Part shown: one piece after another, positions 55,392 through 64,000 of the stretch | How the letters are laid out: each line of letters begins with the position of its first letter | How positions within the stretch are numbered: position 1 is the stretch's first letter | Origin: Macrostomum lignano | Taxonomy: Eukaryota | NCBI GenBank assembly: GCA_002269645.1 | Contig: NIVC01003131.1 | Coordinates: 1-64,000, forward strand | DNA: 64,000 nucleotides | Reading direction: 5' to 3' | Notes under the pieces: generated by a model | Seen by the model: the letters and a program-made list of their open reading frames with translations, nothing else | Told to the model about the DNA's origin: nothing | Database searches by the model: none | Program-made: the position numbers and the translations under genes

Positions 55392-58300
55392 CCGGATTTC
55401 AAAACACATTCGAGATCATCATCAAGCACTGCTGCCAAGAGTGCAAGGCAAAAGAAAAAAACGTCACACAGCATCTGAAAGACCCTAAAAAAGGAACTAA
55501 AGAGTTCTTTGTGCACTTTTTGCAACACCTAACCGCGTTCAACAAGCTGATCGACTGTTGTACCGCCTGTCACAATGACACTTGGGACGATACTGAAATT
55601 GACCAAGAAAAAGCCAAGCCAAAGAAATCAACAGACGAAAAAAAAACAACTTCGAAACCAATATCCAGAACGACAAGCACTACACAGCAAACTACTGCTT
55701 CAACATGGGAAACCCAAGAAACAAGCGCCACGACACAGACAGTTGAGAGCTCGACCGTGAGTGGCGCGACGCCCAGCAGCGAGGCCGAGACTGCGAGCAC
55801 TGCGTCTGCGTCTACTGTTTCCACTGCGGAACCGGAAGCCACAAGCGCCGCCAGTGTCGAGACGCCGAGCGTGAGTGTACCAGAAGCGACAGGCCCGACA
55901 TTGAGCACGGAGTCGACACAGACAGTTGAGAGCTCGACCGTGAGTGGCGCGACGCCCAGCAGCGAGGCCGAGACTGCGAGCACTGCGTCTGCGTCTACTG
56001 TTTCCACTGCGGAACCGGAAGCCACAAGCGCCGCCAGTGTCGAGACGCCGAGCGTGAGTGTACCAGAAGCGACAGGCCCGACATTGAGCACGGAGTCGAC
56101 ACAGACAGTTGAGAGCTCGACCGTGAGTGGCGCGACGCCCAGCAGCGAGGCCGAGACTGCGAGCACTGCGTCTGCGTCTACTGTTTCCACTGCGGAACCG
56201 GAAGCCACAAGCGCCGCCAGTGTCGAGACGCCGAGCGTGAGTGTACCAGAAGCGACAGGCCCGACATTGAGCACGGAGTCGACACAGACAGTTGAGAGCT
56301 CGACCGTGAGTGGCGCGACGCCCAGCAGCGAGGCCGAGACTGCGAGCACTGCGTCTGCGTCTACTGTTTCCACTGCGGAACCGGAAGCCACAAGCGCCGC
56401 CAGTGTCGAGACGCCGAGCGTGAGTGTACCAGAAGCGACAGGCCCGACATTGAGCACGGAGTCGACACAGACAGTTGAGAGCTCGACCGTGAGTGGCGCG
56501 ACGCCCAGCAGCGAGGCCGAGACTGCGAGCACTGCGTCTGCGTCTACTGTTTCCACTGCGGAACCGGAAGCCACAAGCGCCGCCAGTGTCGAGACGCCGA
56601 GCGTGAGTGTACCAGAAGCGACAGGCCCGACATTGAGCACGGAGTCGACACAGACAGTTGAGAGCTCGACCGTGAGTGGCGCGACGCCCAGCAGCGAGGC
56701 CGAGACTGCGAGCACTGCGTCTGCGTCTACTGTTTCCACTGCGGAACCGGAAGCCACAAGCGCCGCCAGTGTCGAGACGCCGAGCGTGAGTGTACCAGAA
56801 GCGACAGGCCCGACATTGAGCACGGAGTCGACACAGACAGTTGAGAGCTCGACCGTGAGTGGCGCGACGCCCAGCAGCGAGGCCGAGACTGCGAGCACTG
56901 CGTCTGCGTCTACTGTTTCCACTGCGGAACCGGAAGCCACAAGCGCCGCCAGTGTCGAGACGCCGAGCGTGAGTGTACCAGAAGCGACAGGCCCGACATT
57001 GAGCACGGAGTCGACACAGACAGTTGAGAGCTCGACCGTGAGTGGCGCGACGCCCAGCAGCGAGGCCGAGACTGCGAGCACTGCGTCTGCGTCTACTGTT
57101 TCCACTGCGGAACCGGAAGCCACAAGCGCCGCCAGTGTCGAGACGCCGAGCGTGAGTGTACCAGAAGCGACAGGCCCGACATTGAGCACGGAGTCGACAC
57201 AGACAGTTGAGAGCTCGACCGTGAGTGGCGCGACGCCCAGCAGCGAGGCCGAGACTGCGAGCACTGCGTCTGCGTCTACTGTTTCCACTGCGGAACCGGA
57301 AGCCACAAGCGCCGCCAGTGTCGAGACGCCGAGCGTGAGTGTACCAGAAGCGACAGGCCCGACATTGAGCACGGAGTCGACACAGACAGTTGAGAGCTCG
57401 ACCGTGAGTGGCGCGACGCCCAGCAGCGAGGCCGAGACTGCGAGCACTGCGTCTGCGTCTACTGTTTCCACTGCGGAACCGGAAGCCACAAGCGCCGCCA
57501 GTGTCGAGACGCGAGCGTGAGTGTACCAGAAGCGACAGGCCCGACATTGAGCACGGAGTCGACACAGACAGTTGAGAGCTCGACCGTGAGTGGCGCGACG
57601 CCCAGCAGCGAGGCCGAGACTGCGAGCACTGCGTCTGCGTCTACTGTTTCCACTGCGGAACCGGAAGCCACAAGCGCCGCCAGTGTCGAGACGCCGAGCG
57701 TGAGTGTACCAGAAGCGACAGGCCCGACATTGAGCACGGAGTCGACACAGACAGTTGAGAGCTCGACCGTGAGTGGCGCGACGCCCAGCAGCGAGGCCGA
57801 GACTGCGAGCACTGCGTCTGCGTCTACTGTTTCCACTGCGGAACCGGAAGCCACAAGCGCCGCCAGTGTCGAGACGCCGAGCGTGAGTGTACCAGAAGCG
57901 ACAGGCCCGACATTGAGCACGGAGTCGACACAGACAGTTGAGAGCTCGACCGTGAGTGGCGCGACGCCCAGCAGCGAGGCCGAGACTGCGAGCACTGCGT
58001 CTGCGTCTACTGTTTCCACTGCGGAACCGGAAGCCACAAGCGCCGCCAGTGTCGAGACGCCGAGCGTGAGTGTACCAGAAGCGACAGGCCCGACATTGAG
58101 CACGGAGTCGACACAGACAGTTGAGAGCTCGACCGTGAGTGGCGCGACGCCCAGCAGCGAGGCCGAGACTGCGAGCACTGCGTCTGCGTCTACTGTTTCC
58201 ACTGCGGAACCGGAAGCCACAAGCGCCGCCAGTGTCGAGACGCCGAGCGTGAGTGTACCAGAAGCGACAGGCCCGACATTGAGCACGGAGTCGACACAGA

Positions 58301-61300
58301 CAGTTGAGAGCTCGACCGTGAGTGGCGCGACGCCCAGCAGCGAGGCCGAGACTGCGAGCACTGCGTCTGCGTCTACTGTTTCCACTGCGGAACCGGAAGC
58401 CACAAGCGCCGCCAGTGTCGAGACGCCGAGCGTGAGTGTACCAGAAGCGACAGGCCCGACATTGAGCACGGAGTCGACACAGACAGTTGAGAGCTCGACC
58501 GTGAGTGGCGCGACGCCCAGCAGCGAGGCCGAGACTGCGAGCACTGCGTCTGCGTCTACTGTTTCCACTGCGGAACCGGAAGCCACAAGCGCCGCCAGTG
58601 TCGAGACGCCGAGCGTGAGTGTACCAGAAGCGACAGGCCCGACATTGAGCACGGAGTCGACACAGACAGTTGAGAGCTCGACCGTGAGTGGCGCGACGCC
58701 CAGCAGCGAGGCCGAGACTGCGAGCACTGCGTCTGCGTCTACTGTTTCCACTGCGGAACCGGAAGCCACAAGCGCCGCCAGTGTCGAGACGCCGAGCGTG
58801 AGTGTACCAGAAGCGACAGGCCCGACATTGAGCACGGAGTCGACACAGACAGTTGAGAGCTCGACCGTGAGTGGCGCGACGCCCAGCAGCGAGGCCGAGA
58901 CTGCGAGCACTGCGTCTGCGTCTACTGTTTCCACTGCGGAACCGGAAGCCACAAGCGCCGCCAGTGTCGAGACGCCGAGCGTGAGTGTACCAGAAGCGAC
59001 AGGCCCGACATTGAGCACGGAGTCGACACAGACAGTTGAGAGCTCGACCGTGAGTGGCGCGACGCCCAGCAGCGAGGCCGAGACTGCGAGCACTGCGTCT
59101 GCGTCTACTGTTTCCACTGCGGAACCGGAAGCCACAAGCGCCGCCAGTGTCGAGACGCCGAGCGTGAGTGTACCAGAAGCGACAGGCCCGACATTGAGCA
59201 CGGAGTCGACACAGACAGTTGAGAGCTCGACCGTGAGTGGCGCGACGCCCAGCAGCGAGGCCGAGACTGCGAGCACTGCGTCTGCGTCTACTGTTTCCAC
59301 TGCGGAACCGGAAGCCACAAGCGCCGCCAGTGTCGAGACGCCGAGCGTGAGTGTACCAGAAGCGACAGGCCCGACATTGAGCACGGAGTCGACACAGACA
59401 GTTGAGAGCTCGACCGTGAGTGGCGCGACGCCCAGCAGCGAGGCCGAGACTGCGAGCACTGCGTCTGCGTCTACTGTTTCCACTGCGGAACCGGAAGCCA
59501 CAAGCGCCGCCAGTGTCGAGACGCCGAGCGTGAGTGTACCAGAAGCGACAGGCCCGACATTGAGCACGGAGTCGACACAGACAGTTGAGAGCTCGACCGT
59601 GAGTGGCGCGACGCCCAGCAGCGAGGCCGAGACTGCGAGCACTGCGTCTGCGTCTACTGTTTCCACTGCGGAACCGGAAGCCACAAGCGCCGCCAGTGTC
59701 GAGACGCCGAGCGTGAGTGTACCAGAAGCGACAGGCCCGACATTGAGCACGGAGTCGACACAGACAGTTGAGAGCTCGACCGTGAGTGGCGCGACGCCCA
59801 GCAGCGAGGCCGAGACTGCGAGCACTGCGTCTGCGTCTACTGTTTCCACTGCGGAACCGGAAGCCACAAGCGCCGCCAGTGTCGAGACGCCGAGCGTGAG
59901 TGTACCAGAAGCGACAGGCCCGACATTGAGCACGGAGTCGACACAGACAGTTGAGAGCTCGACCGTGAGTGGCGCGACGCCCAGCAGCGAGGCCGAGACT
60001 GCGAGCACTGCGTCTGCGTCTACTGTTTCCACTGCGGAACCGGAAGCCACAAGCGCCGCCAGTGTCGAGACGCCGAGCGTGAGTGTACCAGAAGCGACAG
60101 GCCCGACATTGAGCACGGAGTCGACACAGACAGTTGAGAGCTCGACCGTGAGTGGCGCGACGCCCAGCAGCGAGGCCGAGACTGCGAGCACTGCGTCTGC
60201 GTCTACTGTTTCCACTGCGGAACCGGAAGCCACAAGCGCCGCCAGTGTCGAGACGCCGAGCGTGAGTGTACCAGAAGCGACAGGCCCGACATTGAGCACG
60301 GAGTCGACACAGACAGTTGAGAGCTCGACCGTGAGTGGCGCGACGCCCAGCAGCGAGGCCGAGACTGCGAGCACTGCGTCTGCGTCTACTGTTTCCACTG
60401 CGGAACCGGAAGCCACAAGCGCCGCCAGTGTCGAGACGCCGAGCGTGAGTGTACCAGAAGCGACAGGCCCGACATTGAGCACGGAGTCGACACAGACAGT
60501 TGAGAGCTCGACCGTGAGTGGCGCGACGCCCAGCAGCGAGGCCGAGACTGCGAGCACTGCGTCTGCGTCTACTGTTTCCACTGCGGAACCGGAAGCCACA
60601 AGCGCCGCCAGTGTCGAGACGCCGAGCGTGAGTGTACCAGAAGCGACAGGCCCGACATTGAGCACGGAGTCGACACAGACAGTTGAGAGCTCGACCGTGA
60701 GTGGCGCGACGCCCAGCAGCGAGGCCGAGACTGCGAGCACTGCGTCTGCGTCTACTGTTTCCACTGCGGAACCGGAAGCCACAAGCGCCGCCAGTGTCGA
60801 GACGCCGAGCGTGAGTGTACCAGAAGCGACAGGCCCGACATTGAGCACGGAGTCGACACAGACAGTTGAGAGCTCGACCGTGAGTGGCGCGACGCCCAGC
60901 AGCGAGGCCGAGACTGCGAGCACTGCGTCTGCGTCTACTGTTTCCACTGCGGAACCGGAAGCCACAAGCGCCGCCAGTGTCGAGACGCCGAGCGTGAGTG
61001 TACCAGAAGCGACAGGCCCGACATTGAGCACGGAGTCGACACAGACAGTTGAGAGCTCGACCGTGAGTGGCGCGACGCCCAGCAGCGAGGCCGAGACTGC
61101 GAGCACTGCGTCTGCGTCTACTGTTTCCACTGCGGAACCGGAAGCCACAAGCGCCGCCAGTGTCGAGACGCCGAGCGTGAGTGTACCAGAAGCGACAGGC
61201 CCGACATTGAGCACGGAGTCGACACAGACAGTTGAGAGCTCGACCGTGAGTGGCGCGACGCCCAGCAGCGAGGCCGAGACTGCGAGCACTGCGTCTGCGT

Positions 61301-64000
61301 CTACTGTTTCCACTGCGGAACCGGAAGCCACAAGCGCCGCCAGTGTCGAGACGCCGAGCGTGAGTGTACCAGAAGCGACAGGCCCGACATTGAGCACGGA
61401 GTCGACACAGACAGTGAGAGCTCGACCGTGAGTGGCGCGACGCCCAGCAGCGAGGCCGAGACTGCGAGCACTGCGTCTGCGTCTACTGTTTCCACTGCGG
61501 AACCGGAAGCCACAAGCGCCGCCAGTGTCGAGACGCCGAGCGTGAGTGTACCAGAAGCGACAGGCCCGACATTGAGCACGGAGTCGACACAGACAGTTGA
61601 GAGCTCGACCGTGAGTGGCGCGACGCCCAGCAGCGAGGCCGAGACTGCGAGCACTGCGTCTGCGTCTACTGTTTCCACTGCGGAACCGGAAGCCACAAGC
61701 GCCGCCAGTGTCGAGACGCCGAGCGTGAGTGTACCAGAAGCGACAGGCCCGACATTGAGCACGGAGTCGACACAGACAGTTGAGAGCTCGACCGTGAGTG
61801 GCGCGACGCCCAGCAGCGAGGCCGAGACTGCGAGCACTGCGTCTGCGTCTACTGTTTCCACTGCGGAACCGGAAGCCACAAGCGCCGCCAGTGTCGAGAC
61901 GCCGAGCGTGAGTGTACCAGAAGCGACAGGCCCGACATTGAGCACGGAGTCGACACAGACAGTTGAGAGCTCGACCGTGAGTGGCGCGACGCCCAGCAGC
62001 GAGGCCGAGACTGCGAGCACTGCGTCTGCGTCTACTGTTTCCACTGCGGAACCGGAAGCCACAAGCGCCGCCAGTGTCGAGACGCCGAGCGTGAGTGTAC
62101 CAGAAGCGACAGGCCCGACATTGAGCACGGAGTCGACACAGACAGTGAGAGCTCGACCGTGAGTGGCGCGACGCCCAGCAGCGAGGCCGAGACTGCGAGC
62201 ACTGCGTCTGCGTCTACTGTTTCCACTGCGGAACCGGAAGCCACAAGCGCCGCCAGTGTCGAGACGCCGAGCGTGAGTGTACCAGAAGCGACAGGCCCGA
62301 CATTGAGCACGGAGTCGACACAGACAGTGAGAGCTCGACCGTGAGTGGCGCGACGCCCAGCAGCGAGGCCGAGACTGCGAGCACTGCGTCTGCGTCTACT
62401 GTTTCCACTGCGGAACCGGAAGCCACAAGCGCCGCCAGTGTCGAGACGCCGAGCGTGAGTGTACCAGAAGCGACAGGCCCGACATTGAGCACGGAGTCGA
62501 CACAGACAGTTGAGAGCTCGACCGTGAGTGGCGCGACGCCCAGCAGCGAGGCCGAGACTGCGAGCACTGCGTCTGCGTCTACTGTTTCCACTGCGGAACC
62601 GGAAGCCACAAGCGCCGCCAGTGTCGAGACGCCGAGCGTGAGTGTACCAGAAGCGACAGGCCCGACATTGAGCACGGAGTCGACACAGACAGTTGAGAGC
62701 TCGACCGTGAGTGGCGCGACGCCCAGCAGCGAGGCCGAGACTGCGAGCACTGCGTCTGCGTCTACTGTTTCCACTGCGGAACCGGAAGCCACAAGCGCCG
62801 CCAGTGTCGAGACGCCGAGCGTGAGTGTACCAGAAGCGACAGGCCCGACATTGAGCACGGAGTCGACACAGACAGTTGAGAGCTCGACCGTGAGTGGCGC
62901 GACGCCCAGCAGCGAGGCCGAGACTGCGAGCACTGCGTCTGCGTCTACTGTTTCCACTGCGGAACCGGAAGCCACAAGCGCCGCCAGTGTCGAGACGCCG
63001 AGCGTGAGTGTACCAGAAGCGACAGGCCCGACATTGAGCACGGAGTCGACACAGACAGTTGAGAGCTCGACCGTGAGTGGCGCGACGCCCAGCAGCGAGG
63101 CCGAGACTGCGAGCACTGCGTCTGCGTCTACTGTTTCCACTGCGGAACCGGAAGCCACAAGCGCCGCCAGTGTCGAGACGCCGAGCGTGAGTGTACCAAA
63201 GCGACAGGCCCGACATTGAGCACGGAGTCGAGCACGACAGTAGTGGACGGTGAGTGCGCGACGCCCAGCAGCGAGGCCGAGACTGCGAGCACTGCGTCTG
63301 CGTCTACTGTTTCCACTGCGGAACCGGAAGCCACAAGCGCCGCCAGTGTCGAGACGCCGAGCGTGAGTGTACCAGAAGCGACAGGCCCGACATTGAGCAC
63401 GGAGTCGACACAGACAGTTGAGAGCTCGACCGTGAGTGGCGCGACGCCCAGCAGCGAGGCCGAGACTGCGAGCACTGCGTCTGCGTCTACTGTTTCCACT
63501 GCGGAACCGGAAGCCACAAGCGCCGCCAGTGTCGAGACGCCGAGCGTGAGTGTACCAGAAGCGACAGGCCCGACATTGAGCACGGAGTCGACACAGACAG
63601 TTGAGAGCTCGACCGTGAGTGGCGCGACGCCCAGCAGCGAGGCCGAGACTGCGAGCACTGCGTCTGCGTCTACTGTTTCCACTGCGGAACCGGAAGCCAC
63701 AAGCGCCGCCAGTGTCGAGACGCCGAGCGTGAGTGTACCAGAAGCGACAGGCCCGACATTGAGCACGGAGTCGACACAGACAGTGAGAGCTCGACCGTGA
63801 GTGGCGCGACGCCCAGCAGCGAGGCCGAGACTGCGAGCACTGCGTCTGCGTCTACTGTTTCCACTGCGGAACCGGAAGCCACAAGCGCCGCCAGTGTCGA
63901 GACGCCGAGCGTGAGTGTACCAGAAGCGACAGGCCCGACATTGAGCACGGAGTCGACACAGACAGTTGAGAGCTCGACCGTGAGTGGCGCGACGCCCAGC
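55392..64000 (+). CDS. Giant mucin-like exon: Cys-rich head (two CCxxC motifs) then about 45 copies of a 61-aa Ser/Thr/Ala/Glu/Pro repeat; incomplete at window end
   Basis: Acceptor ccttccttcgctgcag|. GFQNTFEIIIKHCCQEC...DCCTAC leads into the repeat TVESSTVSGATPSSEAETASTASASTVSTAEPEATSAASVETPSVSVPEATGPTLSTESTQ. Sporadic 1-nt deletions break the frame. Confidence 0.8.
55732..64000 (+). repeat. 183-bp coding tandem repeat, about 45 copies, essentially identical
   Basis: Period measured as 55741 to 55924. The differences seen are isolated indels (about 57511, 61414, 62146, 62328, 63198, 63784) and one garbled patch (about 63231-63256). Confidence 0.97.

Noticed and set aside
55570-63948. Long antisense and alternative-frame ORFs over the 183-bp repeat
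   Set aside because: A stop-free unit whose length is a multiple of 3 gives long ORFs automatically. Only the plus-strand S/T-rich frame connects to a splice acceptor and a Cys-rich head.

Overview
Eukaryotic (metazoan) genomic DNA with GC-rich spliced exons and introns packed with minisatellites. This style resembles a free-living flatworm such as Macrostomum, but that is an inference and was not verified. The window holds four main units. (1) Most of a rootletin/CROCC gene on the minus strand (<1 to >24219), with 13 or more exons, candidate alternative first exons next to RFX X-boxes, and a duplicated exon pair that may be mutually exclusive. (2) A young, full-length Ty3/Gypsy LTR retrotransposon (31203-37769; 315-bp LTRs differing at 2 sites, 5-bp TSD AATAA, tRNA-Arg-type PBS) carrying two frame disruptions. 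(3) A complete 5-exon MDM1/SAXO6 gene on the plus strand (41432-46210). (4) The 5' part of a secreted mucin-like gene (from 51101) whose giant exon holds about 45 near-identical 183-bp (61-aa) Ser/Thr-rich repeats and runs off the window. Smaller elements include tRNA-derived SINE copies, about 20 tandem-repeat arrays and three non-autonomous TIR elements. One of these (20744-21040, hAT-like, 8-bp TSD) carries a 64-nt copy of the 28S rRNA segment containing the R2/I-PpoI target site. Scattered single-base deletions in coding sequence suggest long-read consensus errors. There is no prokaryotic system and no CRISPR-Cas here.
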